From positions 1,775,451-1,839,450 of the forward strand of contig OZ242194.1 of the NCBI GenBank assembly GCA_965206165.1: a DNA stretch of 64,000 nucleotides. Reading direction: 5' to 3'. This stretch comes from Acidimicrobiales bacterium. GTDB taxonomy: Bacteria; Actinomycetota; Acidimicrobiia; Acidimicrobiales; CATQHL01. Shown in pieces: positions 1 through 9,406 of this stretch (positions within the stretch are counted from its first letter, which is position 1; every line of letters begins with the position of its first letter). The translations under genes were made by a program, and so were the position numbers. The notes below the pieces were generated by a model. The model was given only the letters and a program-made list of their open reading frames with translations. It did not search any database and had not been told where the DNA came from.

Positions 1-1
1 C

Positions 2-1150
2 ATCGAGGCCTACAAGGCCGTGCTCGAGGAAGCCGGCGAGGACGAGGCCGGAACCGGAGCCGATGACACCGCCGGCGAACTCACCGTCGAGGACCTGCTC
101 AAGGGCACTCTCACCGATCCCTCCGCCGACGACGCCGATGTCACCGTGATCCTCCCCAGCGCGCCCGATGCCACCGGCCAGGTGTACCACTTCCTGATGG
201 GACCGGCGCTGACCACCGGCGCCTCCCTGGAGAGCGCCGTGGCGGTCCTCGAGTTCGCGCAGTGGAACGTGCAGGTGACCGCCCTCGAAGGGCCCGAGGG
301 AATCGACCGTTTCAACGAGGCCGCCCGCACCTGCTACTACGAGTCGCCCGACCCCGTGCGGTGCCCCACCGGACAGCTGGGCATCGTCCTGGACCACGTC
401 GTCGAATCGGCGCCGGTCGTCAACGCTCGGGCCTTCGAGCGCGACCGGATCAACATCACGGGCGCCTTCAACGAGGTCGAGGCCCGTGATCTGGCGCTGG
501 TGCTGGACTATGGCGCGCTTCCGCTGGAGTTCGAGGACCCGGCCGAGAGCGGGCTGGTGCGCACGGTGTCGGCCACGCTCGGCCGTGACGCCCTGCGGGC
601 CGGTCTCATCGCCGGCATCGTGGGTCTGGCCCTCGTGGCGTTGTACATGCTGGCCTACTACCGGCTGCTGGGGCTGGCTGCGCTCGGCAGCCTGGCGGCC
701 TCGGGCGTGCTGTTGTGGGTGGTGGTGTCGTTCCTGTCCGCCACGCAGGGTCTGGCCCTGACACTGGCCGGCGTGACCGGCCTGATCGTGGCGATCGGCG
801 TTTCCCTGGACTCCAACGTCATCTACTTCGAGCACCTGAAGGAGGACGTGCTGGGCGGGCGGACGCTGCGCAGCTCGGTCGACCAGTCGTTCCCCGTGGC
901 GTTCCGGACGATCTTCTGGGCCAACCTGGCGACGCTCATCGGTGCGAGCATCCTCTGGCTGCTCACCATCGGCTCGGTACGGGGTTTCGCCGCCATTCTG
1001 GCCATCGCCTCCATCCTGGACCTCGTGGCCACCTACTTCTTCCTGCGACCTGTGGTGCGCCGGCTGGCCAACTGGTGCGCGCGGCGGCCAGGCCTCGTGG
1101 GAATGGCGACGGTGGTCGCAGCCGCCGCGGAGACGGAGGAGGGGTCGTGA
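2..1150 (+). CDS. secD: Protein translocase subunit SecD (5' end cut by window edge)
   Basis: The frame is open from the first bases of the window. The C-terminal multi-TM region carries a SecD/SecF-type motif (GVSLDSNVIYFEHLKED). The TGA overlaps the GTG start of secF (GTGA). Confidence 0.9.
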   Translation: MEAYKAVLEEAGEDEAGTGADDTAGELTVEDLLKGTLTDPSADDADVTVILPSAPDATGQVYHFLMGPALTTGASLESAVAVLEFAQWNVQVTALEGPEGIDRFNEAARTCYYESPDPVRCPTGQLGIVLDHVVESAPVVNARAFERDRINITGAFNEVEARDLALVLDYGALPLEFEDPAESGLVRTVSATLGRDALRAGLIAGIVGLALVALYMLAYYRLLGLAALGSLAASGVLLWVVVSFLSATQGLALTLAGVTGLIVAIGVSLDSNVIYFEHLKEDVLGGRTLRSSVDQSFPVAFRTIFWANLATLIGASILWLLTIGSVRGFAAILAIASILDLVATYFFLRPVVRRLANWCARRPGLVGMATVVAAAAETEEGS

Positions 1151-2226
1151 GCGGTTCGGCGACCGGAGCCCGTGGCGTCCTGCGGCGTATGTACTCCAAC
1201 CAGGTGAACCTGGACTTCGACCACCTCTGGCGGCGCTCGGTCGTGCTCTCGGTCGTGGTGCTCCTGATCGCCGGGGGAGCCTGGATCTTCCGGGACCTGA
1301 ACATGGGGATCGAGTTCGAAGGGGGAGCGTCCTGGGAGGCACCGCTGGGCGACATCGAGATTGCCGAGGTCCGCGAGGCGCTGGCGTCCGTCGGGCAGCC
1401 CGACGCCCGAATCCAGCAACTCGCCGGGGGGGTCGTGCGGGTGCGAGCAGAGGTTGCCGAGACGAACACCGCCGAGGTCGCCGCCGTCAAGCAGGTGCTG
1501 GCCGACCTGGCCGGCATCGATCCCGACGACATCTCGTTCTCGGCCGTGGGCCCGTCGTGGGGCGCGCAGATCACCAGCAAGGCGCAGCGCGCCCTCATCG
1601 TGTTCTTCGTCGTGATCGCCGTCTACATCTGGCTGCGGATGGAGTGGAAGATGGCGCTGGCGGCCCTCGTCGCCGTCGGACACGACATCCTCCTCACGGT
1701 CGGCTTCTACGCCCTGTTCGGTATCGAGGTGACGCCCGCCACCGTCATCGCCTTCCTCACCATCCTGGGGTACTCGCTGTACGACACGCTGGTCGTTTTC
1801 GACAAGATCCGCGGGAACGCCCGGACCCGCAAGGACCCGTACTTCCAGATCGTGACGCGGTCGGTCAACGAGGTGTTCATGCGCTCGGTGAACACCACCA
1901 TCACCTCGGTGCTGCCGGTCCTGTCGATCCTGATCATCGGCCGTTTCGTGCTCGGGGCGGTCACGCTGCAGGAGTTCTCGATCGCCCTGCTGGTGGGTCT
2001 GCTGGCCGGCACCTACTCGTCGCTGTTCGTGGCGGCGCCGCTGGTGGCCTGGCTGCACGTCTGGGTCAGCGGCGAGCGGCCGGGTCAGCAGTCCCCGCCG
2101 GAGCGCCGCCCCAGCGACTCCGCGCCGCGCGCCAGGCGTGCTGCAGGCAGCGGACCGGTCGGGAGGTCAGGGGTGACGACCACCCGCACCCACCCGGCGC
2201 GGCCGGCCAAGAAGCGGCGCAAGTGA
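1147..2226 (+). CDS. secF: Protein translocase subunit SecF
   Basis: GTG at 1147 is in frame with ORF 715..2226. Motifs seen: LGYSLYDTLVVFDKIRGN and multiple TM helices. Placement directly after secD is typical. Confidence 0.9.
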   Translation: MSGSATGARGVLRRMYSNQVNLDFDHLWRRSVVLSVVVLLIAGGAWIFRDLNMGIEFEGGASWEAPLGDIEIAEVREALASVGQPDARIQQLAGGVVRVRAEVAETNTAEVAAVKQVLADLAGIDPDDISFSAVGPSWGAQITSKAQRALIVFFVVIAVYIWLRMEWKMALAALVAVGHDILLTVGFYALFGIEVTPATVIAFLTILGYSLYDTLVVFDKIRGNARTRKDPYFQIVTRSVNEVFMRSVNTTITSVLPVLSILIIGRFVLGAVTLQEFSIALLVGLLAGTYSSLFVAAPLVAWLHVWVSGERPGQQSPPERRPSDSAPRARRAAGSGPVGRSGVTTTRTHPARPAKKRRK

Positions 2227-2266
2227 GGGAACCGGTGAGGTTCTCGGACATGGACACACCCACGCG

Positions 2267-2803
2267 ATGAGCGCCGGAGACAACGAGGCCCTGTGGCGGG
2301 AGCTGGTCCGGGAGATCCCGGACTTCCCGGTCGCCGGTGTCGGCTTCAAGGACATCACGCCCGTGCTGGGCCACCCCGCAGCGTTCGCGGCCTGTGCCGA
2401 CGCCCTGGCGGAGCCTTTCGCCATGGCCGGGGTGGAGGCGGTGGCCGCTGCGGAGGCCCGCGGATTCATCTTCGGCATCCCCGTGGCCGAGCGCCTCGGG
2501 GCCGGGTTCGCCGCGGTCCGCAAGCCGGGCAAGCTGCCGGCGGCGGTCGTCGGCGTGGAATACGAGCTGGAGTACGGGACCGACCGGCTCGAGATGCACG
2601 TGGACTCCTTCGCCCCGGGGGCGCAGGTGCTCATCGTGGACGACGTGCTGGCCACCGGCGGCACCGCCCGGGCCACGTGCGACCTGATTGAACGCGCCGG
2701 AGGGCAGGTCGTGGGCTGTGCCTTTTTCGTCGAGTTGGCGTTCCTCGGCGGCCGCAGCCGCCTGGAGGGCCTGCGCGTGGAGTCCTTGCTCACCTACACC
2801 TAG
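2267..2803 (+). CDS. apt: Adenine phosphoribosyltransferase
   Basis: 178-aa ORF with FPVAGVGFKDITP and the PRPP loop VLIVDDVLATGGTA. The secDF-apt-relA order is classical. Confidence 0.93.
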   Translation: MSAGDNEALWRELVREIPDFPVAGVGFKDITPVLGHPAAFAACADALAEPFAMAGVEAVAAAEARGFIFGIPVAERLGAGFAAVRKPGKLPAAVVGVEYELEYGTDRLEMHVDSFAPGAQVLIVDDVLATGGTARATCDLIERAGGQVVGCAFFVELAFLGGRSRLEGLRVESLLTYT

Positions 2804-2869
2804 GCAGCGGCGAGTGATCGTGCGCTCGCTCTGCGATGCTATTGGTGTGAGGCACAGGCGGATCGTGGG

Positions 2870-5152
2870 GTGCGAAGCATGAGCGTCGGGGTGACCGCTG
2901 AGGTGCCCGTCGCCGAGTCGGCTGACCTGCCTGCGTGGGGCACGCTGCAGCCGTGGCGGGGGCACCCCGCCGCTGGGCCGATCACCTCGCTGCTGGCGGA
3001 GTACTCGGCGCGCTTTCCTGGCGCCGGCACCGAACTGATCGAGCGGGCCTACTCCTGGGCGGCGAGCGCCCACCGCACCCAGCGACGCAAGTCGGGCGAG
3101 CCGTTCGTGGAGCACCCGCTCAACGTCGCCCGCATCGTCGCCCGTCTCGGTCTCGACGGCGTGAGCGTGGCGGCGGCCCTGCTGCACGACGTCATCGAGG
3201 ACACCGACCGCACGCTGGCCGACGTCGAGGCCGAATTCGGCTCCGAGGTTGCCAAGATCGTCGACGGCGTCACCAAGCTGGATCGCGTCGAGTTCACGAC
3301 CCGTGAACGCCATCAGGCCGCCTCGCTGCGCAAGATGCTCGTGGCGATGGCCAAGGACCTGCGGGTTCTCATCATCAAGCTGGCTGACAGGCTCCACAAC
3401 ATGTGCACGCTGGCGGCTCTCTCGCCGGCGAAGCAGCAGCAGGTGGCGCGCGAGACGCTTGACGTCTACGCGCCCCTGGCGCACCGCCTCGGCATGCAGG
3501 AACTGAAGGGCCGCCTGGAGGACTTGGCCTTCGCCGCCCTGCACCCCAAGTGGTACGCCCAGATCGATCACCTCGTGGCCGAACAGGATCCCGAACGCGA
3601 CCTCTACCTGGCGCAGCTCCTGGTCACCGTGGAGGGACGGCTGCTCGAACTCGGCGTCGGGGCCGAGGTGACCGGCCGGCCCAAGCACCTCTGGAGCATC
3701 TACGAGAAGATGGTGCTGAAGAACCGCGACTTCAGCGACATCTACGACTTGGTCGGCATCCGGATCATCACTGAGAACGTGCGGGACTGTTACGCGGTGC
3801 TGGGCGCTGTCCACGCCATCTGGAAGCCGCTGCAGGGGCGCTTCAAGGACTACATCGCCATGCCCAAGTTCAACCTCTACCAGAGTCTGCACACGGCGGT
3901 GGTGGGCCCGCAGGGCAAGGTCGTGGAGGTGCAGATCCGGACGCGGGAGATGCATTCTCGGGCCGAGCACGGTGTGGCTGCCCACTGGGACTACAAGGAG
4001 GAGAGCGGTGGCGACCTGGCCTGGCTGAGCCGGATCATCGACTGGTCCGAGGAGAGCGACGACCCCGAGCAGTTCCTCGGCAACCTCAAGGTCGAGTTCG
4101 AGCACGACGAGGTGTTCGTCTTCACACCGCAGGGTGACGTGGTGACCCTGCCGGTCGCAGCCACCCCGGTGGACTTCGCCTACGCCATTCACACCGAGGT
4201 GGGGCACGGCTGCATCGGTGCACGCGTCAACGGCCGCCTCGTTGCGCTGACCACCAAACTTTCCACGGGCGACACCGTTGAGGTCATGACCTCCAAGGAT
4301 GTCGACGCCGGCCCGTCACTGGATTGGCTGCAGTTCGTCGCCACCAGCCGGGCACGCTCACGGATCCGCCAGTGGCACATGCGGGAGCGGCGCACCGAGG
4401 CCCTCAACCGGGGCCGCGACGAGATCACCGCCGAGTTGCGCCGGGCGTCCCTGCCAATCGCCCCGGTCATCCGTTCCGAGACGTTGCGCGACGTGGCAAG
4501 CGAGCTGCACTACGACGACACCGATGCGCTGTTCGTTGCGGTCGGGGAGCGCCACCTCTCGGCCCACTCGGTCGTGGAGCGGGTCGGCCGTCGTTTGCGC
4601 GGCGAGGACGGCGAGCACCGGCAGCCTGCCGAACGCCTCTCGACCACCGCTCTGCGACCGCCGCGGTCCACGCCCAAGCGATCTGGCGGGGCGGGCGTGC
4701 ATGTGGAGGGCTTCGGCGACGTGTGGGTGCGCCTGGCCAAGTGCTGCACGCCGGTGATGCCCGACGAGATCATCGGCTTCGTGACCCGGGGCCGCGGTGT
4801 GTCGATCCACCGGGCGGACTGCGCCAACGCCGTGGCTCTCAGCAGCGACGGCGAGGCGGCGCGGATCATGGACGTGGAGTGGGAGGAGGGGGTCTCCACG
4901 GTCTTCACCGCCGCGATCGAGGTGCGCTCGCTCGACCGGCCGCAATTGCTCCGCGACGTGGCGGTGGCCGTGTCGGAGCAGCAGGCGAACATCGTCTCGG
5001 TGAACGCCCGTGCCGGCACCGACGGCGCTTCGATCATGCGCTTCGAGATGGAGCTCTCCGACGGGGCGCAATTGTCGTCGGTGCTCCACGCGGTGCGCCG
5101 GATCGACAACGTCTACGACGCCTACCGGGTGCTGCCCGGCGGCAGGGGCTGA
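2870..5152 (+). CDS. relA: Bifunctional (p)ppGpp synthetase/hydrolase RelA/SpoT
   Basis: 760-aa ORF with an HD hydrolase motif (LLHDVIEDT), a synthetase region (RPKHLWSIYEKM, DLVGIRI), and TGS and C-terminal ACT-like regions. Confidence 0.95.
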   Translation: MRSMSVGVTAEVPVAESADLPAWGTLQPWRGHPAAGPITSLLAEYSARFPGAGTELIERAYSWAASAHRTQRRKSGEPFVEHPLNVARIVARLGLDGVSVAAALLHDVIEDTDRTLADVEAEFGSEVAKIVDGVTKLDRVEFTTRERHQAASLRKMLVAMAKDLRVLIIKLADRLHNMCTLAALSPAKQQQVARETLDVYAPLAHRLGMQELKGRLEDLAFAALHPKWYAQIDHLVAEQDPERDLYLAQLLVTVEGRLLELGVGAEVTGRPKHLWSIYEKMVLKNRDFSDIYDLVGIRIITENVRDCYAVLGAVHAIWKPLQGRFKDYIAMPKFNLYQSLHTAVVGPQGKVVEVQIRTREMHSRAEHGVAAHWDYKEESGGDLAWLSRIIDWSEESDDPEQFLGNLKVEFEHDEVFVFTPQGDVVTLPVAATPVDFAYAIHTEVGHGCIGARVNGRLVALTTKLSTGDTVEVMTSKDVDAGPSLDWLQFVATSRARSRIRQWHMRERRTEALNRGRDEITAELRRASLPIAPVIRSETLRDVASELHYDDTDALFVAVGERHLSAHSVVERVGRRLRGEDGEHRQPAERLSTTALRPPRSTPKRSGGAGVHVEGFGDVWVRLAKCCTPVMPDEIIGFVTRGRGVSIHRADCANAVALSSDGEAARIMDVEWEEGVSTVFTAAIEVRSLDRPQLLRDVAVAVSEQQANIVSVNARAGTDGASIMRFEMELSDGAQLSSVLHAVRRIDNVYDAYRVLPGGRG

Positions 5153-5298
5153 CCCTTCCGGGCGGGGGCGCCGGTGGCCGTCGGCGGATCGTCTGGCGAA
5201 ATCGCTCCGGCGCCGACCCCCGGCGTCCCCGCCCTCCGCTCTCGTCATTCCGGCTCGCCCGTCGTCCGGGCGGGGGCCGGGACGCACTCGGCAGTGGG

Positions 5299-6228
5299 CT
5301 ACTTCGTGTCGCCCCGCGGCACGCCGCGATCGAGGGCTGCTGCCAGCGCACCGACCACTTCGCCGTGCGTGAAGGTGAACCCGTCCGCCAGCAGCACTTC
5401 CGGCACGACCCGGGCGCTCTGTGTCAGGGCGGCCACCGCTTCGGAGCCGAGTAGAAGGCTCGGTAGCAGGAGCGGTACGGGCAGGACCGCGGGGCGGCGC
5501 AGCGCTTGCCCCAGAGCGCGGGTGAACTCGCCGTTGGTGACGGGGTTGGGCGCCGTGAGGTTGACCGGCCCCGCCACGTCGCTCCCGAGAAGGTGGCAGA
5601 TGGCGGCGACGGTGTCGGTCAGCGAGATCCAGCTCACCCACCGGTCGGCGGGGCCCAGGCGCCCGCCGAGGCCAAGCCTGAACAGTGGCAACTGCCGGCG
5701 CAGGAACGGCCCGTCGGCGGACAGGACGACACCGGTGCGCAGCAGCACGGTTCGCACGGCGACCTCCGGTTGGGCCGCTGCCTCCCATTCCTGGCACAGC
5801 TCGGCCAGGAATCCCCGGCCGGGTCCGGTGTTCTCGGTCACGATGGTGTCGCCGCGCTCGCTGTAGAAGCCCATGGCCGAGGCGCTGAGGATCACCTCGG
5901 GCGGCCGTGACAGGCCCGACACCGTCGCCCCCAGCAGTGCGGCGGCGCCCACGCGGCTATCGCGCAGCAGCTGCTTGCGAGCCGGCGTCCAGCGCCGGTC
6001 GCCGATACCGGCCCCTGCCAGGTTGATCACGGCCTCGGTGCCCTCCAGAGAGGCGCCGTCCAGGGTGCCGGCAGCCGGATCCCAGGTGGCCTCGTCGGCG
6101 GCCGCGGCAGGACGGCGCACCAGCCGGCGCACGGTTCGACCCTGCCGGCGGAGTTCGGTGAACAGAGCGCGACCGATGAGTCCGCTCGACCCGGCGATGA
6201 CGATGGGCCTGTCGCTCGAGTGGTCCAC
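5299..6228 (-). CDS. TIGR01777/YfcH-like NAD-dependent epimerase family protein (SDR with DUF1731-type C-terminus)
   Basis: Rossmann motif IAGSSGLIGRAL. The GTG at 6228 is preceded by AGGAGG (reverse complement of 6233-6238). The longer ORF up to 6372 is probably an upstream extension. Confidence 0.8.
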   Translation of the reverse strand: MDHSSDRPIVIAGSSGLIGRALFTELRRQGRTVRRLVRRPAAAADEATWDPAAGTLDGASLEGTEAVINLAGAGIGDRRWTPARKQLLRDSRVGAAALLGATVSGLSRPPEVILSASAMGFYSERGDTIVTENTGPGRGFLAELCQEWEAAAQPEVAVRTVLLRTGVVLSADGPFLRRQLPLFRLGLGGRLGPADRWVSWISLTDTVAAICHLLGSDVAGPVNLTAPNPVTNGEFTRALGQALRRPAVLPVPLLLPSLLLGSEAVAALTQSARVVPEVLLADGFTFTHGEVVGALAAALDRGVPRGDTK

Positions 6229-6543
6229 GGCGCCTCCTACAGGTAGCGGAACGCCTTGGAGGGCCACGCTACGGCACCGGTCGCCGCTAGCGTCGCCGCG
6301 GTGAGCACGAGGCTGCTGATCGCTCTGAGCCTGCTGTGCGGGCTGGCGATCCTGGTGGCGTTCGCGTTCCAACTCCTGATTCGCTGACTTCGGCGTCCGG
6401 CGTGGAGTCGTCTGTCACCGGGCACTCCCGGGGCACGGTTCAGCGCTGTCCCGAGGGAGCCGGCCGTGGCGTCGCCTGTTGCTGCCGGGCACTACTGTTG
6501 CTAGTGTTGCCAATGGCGAGTGGGGTGAGTTCTCGAACGACAG

Positions 6544-7797
6544 ATGTCTCGACGTGCGCGGTTTCTCGCCGCCTGCCTGCTTGTCCTCCTGCCAACCCTC
6601 CCTGCCCGCGCCCAGGACTCCGCTGACAATCAGTACCTCCAGGACCGGATCGCCGGCGACGAGGACCTGAACCAATCACGGGCAGTGCTCGAGCAACTCG
6701 ATGTCGAGCAAGCCGTCACGGGCGAGGACATCGCCGCGCTCCGACTCTCGACTGCCGAACTCGAAGTCGAACTGGCGCGCACGGTTGAGTTGGTGGCGCT
6801 GTCGGAGACCCGCCTCTCCAACATCGCCGCCCGCCAGGCCCTCACCACCGACCTGCACGCCGCGGCCGAGCGGGCGCTGGCGCGCGCCGAGGCCTCCCAT
6901 GACGCCCAACGCCGGCTCGTGACCGAACGGCTCGTCAACATGTACATCTTCTCCACCGAGCACCGGACCGCCCTGTCGTGGCAGATCACCGACATTCAGG
7001 ACCTGGAGAACCGCCACGTGATCCTCACCATGGTGGGCGAGCACGACAAGGCGCTGCTGGAGAGCCTCGACGCCGCCGTCGCCGAGATCGGCGAGCGCCG
7101 CGAGACGCTGGAGTCCCTGCAGAGCGGCATTGGGGCGTTGGCTCGCCAGGAGAGTCAGGTCCTCGCCGAGACCAGCCGCAACCGTGACCTGCAGGCGGCG
7201 CTGCACGCCGAATTGCAGGCGCGGATCCGGGAGTTGCACGACGAGATCGAGGCGCTCGAGCAGGCCCAGGCAGAGGTCACCGCCATCATGACCAAGCGCG
7301 TCTCCGAGATCGAGCTCGAGGCGGCCGAGCGGGATCGCCTCCGGCGGATCTGCTTCGACAGGCCGCGCCAACCGCTCGGCAACGACGGATCCTGGATCGA
7401 CTGCCCGGGCGTCGGCGTGGTGATCCCGCCGAACGCCGTGCGGTGGCCGGTGGTCGACCGGGTGACCTCCGAGTACGGCCCGCGCTGGGGGCGCGTGCAC
7501 GAGGGCATCGACATCGGCGGCGATCTCGGTGCCTCGATCCATTCCGCCGAGTCGGGCCGGGTGGACTACGCCGGCTGGATCGGCGGCTACGGCAACACGA
7601 TCATCGTCGATCACGGCGGCGGGATGACCACGCTGTACGGGCACATGGACGGCTTCGCCGTGTCGGCCGGCCAGACGGTTTCCATCGGCCAGGTGCTGGG
7701 TTCCGTGGGCCACAGCGGGTTATCCCAGGGCCCCCACCTGCACTTCGAGGTGCGCATCGGCGGCGCACCGGTGAACCCCCGGAAGTACCTGCCTTAG
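6544..7797 (+). CDS. Secreted M23 family metallopeptidase with N-terminal coiled coil (EnvC-like)
   Basis: Signal-like N-terminus, then a long Ala/Glu/Leu-rich coiled-coil segment. C-terminal M23 motifs: HEGIDIGG, GYGNTIIVDHGGG, GPHLHFEV. Confidence 0.85.
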   Translation: MSRRARFLAACLLVLLPTLPARAQDSADNQYLQDRIAGDEDLNQSRAVLEQLDVEQAVTGEDIAALRLSTAELEVELARTVELVALSETRLSNIAARQALTTDLHAAAERALARAEASHDAQRRLVTERLVNMYIFSTEHRTALSWQITDIQDLENRHVILTMVGEHDKALLESLDAAVAEIGERRETLESLQSGIGALARQESQVLAETSRNRDLQAALHAELQARIRELHDEIEALEQAQAEVTAIMTKRVSEIELEAAERDRLRRICFDRPRQPLGNDGSWIDCPGVGVVIPPNAVRWPVVDRVTSEYGPRWGRVHEGIDIGGDLGASIHSAESGRVDYAGWIGGYGNTIIVDHGGGMTTLYGHMDGFAVSAGQTVSIGQVLGSVGHSGLSQGPHLHFEVRIGGAPVNPRKYLP

Positions 7798-7844
7798 CGG
7801 GATGCCCCTCTGGGCCGCCGCGGGTCGACCGGTAGGCTGAGCGG

Positions 7845-9239
7845 GTGACATCGCACGATCTGATCGTGGTGGGCGGCGGCCCGGCGGGGTACGCGTCGGC
7901 GCTGTACGCCGCCGCCGCCGGGCTCGACGTTGGCCTGGTGGAGCGCTCCAAGCTGGGGGGCACGTGCCTGCACGTGGGCTGCATCCCCGCCAAGGAACTG
8001 CTCGAGACGGCCGCTGTCTTCCGGGCCGTCGCTCACGCGGCCGAGTTCGGTGTCGCCACGTCGACGCCCACGCTGGACATGGGTGTGGCGCAGCAGCGCA
8101 AGCAGGGGATCATCGATCGCCTCACCGGCGGCTTGGCGCAATTGCTCGGCAGCCGCAAGGTGACCGTCTACGACGGCAGCGGCGCCCTGGGGCCCGGCCG
8201 CACGGTCACGGTCAGCGGCGGTGCCGAGAGTGCCACGCTGACGGGCCGCAATGTGATCCTGGCGACCGGCTCGGTGCCCCGTGTTCTCGATGGGTTCACC
8301 GTCGACGGCACCGGTGTCGTGACCTCCGACGAGCTGCTCTCGCTCGAGTCCGTGCCGGCCACCGCGGTGGTCATCGGCGGTGGCGCCATCGGCTGCGAGT
8401 TCGCCTCGATGCTGTGCGACATGGGCAGCGCGGTGACGCTGCTGGAGGCCCTGCCGAGGCTGCTCGCCGGGGCCGACACCGATGTGAGCCGGCAGGTCGA
8501 GCGGTCCTTCAAGCGTCGGGGCATGAAAGTTCACACCGGTGTGAGTGTCGCCGGGAACGATCCCTCCGGCGGTTCGCAGATCGTCCGCTACGGCGACGGC
8601 GAGAGGGTGCGTGCGGAGTTGGTGGTCGTGAGCGTGGGTCGCCGTCCCCGCACCGACGGCTTGGGGCTCGACGGCACGGCCGTGCGGATCGACGAGCGCG
8701 GCTTCGTGGAGGTCGACGAGTGCTGCCGCACCGCCGAGGATGGCGTCTATGCCGTGGGCGACGTGGTCGCCACGCCGCAGTTGGCCCACGTCGGGTTTGC
8801 CGAGGGCATGCTCGCCGTGCAGGATCTACTGGGGGAGGAGCCCGTGCCGCTGGACTACGGCGGCGTTCCCTGGTGCATCTACTGCCAGCCCGAGGTGGCC
8901 TTCGCCGGCCTCACCGAGCAGGCCGCCCGCGACGCCGGATTGGACGTCGTGGTGTCCAAGCACCGGTACGCCTCCAATGGCCGGGCCATGATCGTGGGCG
9001 ACACCGACGGGTTCGTGAAAGTCGTGGCCGAGCGCACCGCCGACGGGGAGGCCGGGCGACTGCTGGGCGTGCACCTCGTGGGGCCGTGGGCCACCGAGCA
9101 ACTGGGCCAGGGATACCTGGCGGTCAACTGGGAGGCCACCGTGGCCGATGTCGCCGGATTCATCCAGCCGCACCCCACGCTGAGCGAGTTGTTCGGCGAG
9201 TCGGTGCTGTCGCTGACCGGCCGGTCGCTCCACGGCTAG
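7845..9239 (+). CDS. lpdA: Dihydrolipoyl dehydrogenase (E3)
   Basis: GTG start. FAD motif VVGGGPAGY, redox disulfide GGTCLHVGCIPAK, and a C-terminal dimerisation region containing HPTLSE. Confidence 0.93.
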   Translation: MTSHDLIVVGGGPAGYASALYAAAAGLDVGLVERSKLGGTCLHVGCIPAKELLETAAVFRAVAHAAEFGVATSTPTLDMGVAQQRKQGIIDRLTGGLAQLLGSRKVTVYDGSGALGPGRTVTVSGGAESATLTGRNVILATGSVPRVLDGFTVDGTGVVTSDELLSLESVPATAVVIGGGAIGCEFASMLCDMGSAVTLLEALPRLLAGADTDVSRQVERSFKRRGMKVHTGVSVAGNDPSGGSQIVRYGDGERVRAELVVVSVGRRPRTDGLGLDGTAVRIDERGFVEVDECCRTAEDGVYAVGDVVATPQLAHVGFAEGMLAVQDLLGEEPVPLDYGGVPWCIYCQPEVAFAGLTEQAARDAGLDVVVSKHRYASNGRAMIVGDTDGFVKVVAERTADGEAGRLLGVHLVGPWATEQLGQGYLAVNWEATVADVAGFIQPHPTLSELFGESVLSLTGRSLHG

Positions 9240-9406
9240 CGGGTCGTCGGGGCGCCGTTCAGGTACGGCTACACGGTCGGCGAGGCACCGGCGGACGGAA
9301 CGGACGGACTGGCTGCCCTATCGTCAATGGGGCAGAGGGCCCATCCCCGGCTCAGAACCGGGTACAGGCACCAGGCGCGGCGAGCGAGCACACAAGGACG
9401 GGCGCA

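Noticed and set aside
2066-4207. 713-aa ORF on the minus strand opposite relA. Similar long antisense ORFs include 4358..5797, 10729..12447, 46022.. and 50559..52655.
   Set aside because: These are typical shadow ORFs of a very GC-rich genome. Their composition is Arg/Gly/Pro/His-rich with no recognisable motifs. Each fully overlaps a gene with strong family signatures on the other strand.
6388-6543. A possible c-di-AMP (ydaO-type) riboswitch upstream of the M23 cell-wall hydrolase. Such riboswitches often precede wall hydrolase genes in actinobacteria, and a GGGGTGAG-like element is present.
   Set aside because: I could not find the other conserved elements of the motif, such as the ACGGGGA/CCCGA pairs or the CAGCUAAC-like 3' part. 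A covariance-model scan with Rfam RF00379 would be needed, so this is not claimed.
7964-9406. A 5' extension of the E2 ORF (922 aa in the ORF track) overlapping lpdA in another frame.
   Set aside because: The extension is Arg/Gly-rich nonsense. The lipoyl-domain N-terminus starts at ATG 9407, and lpdA occupies the overlapped DNA.
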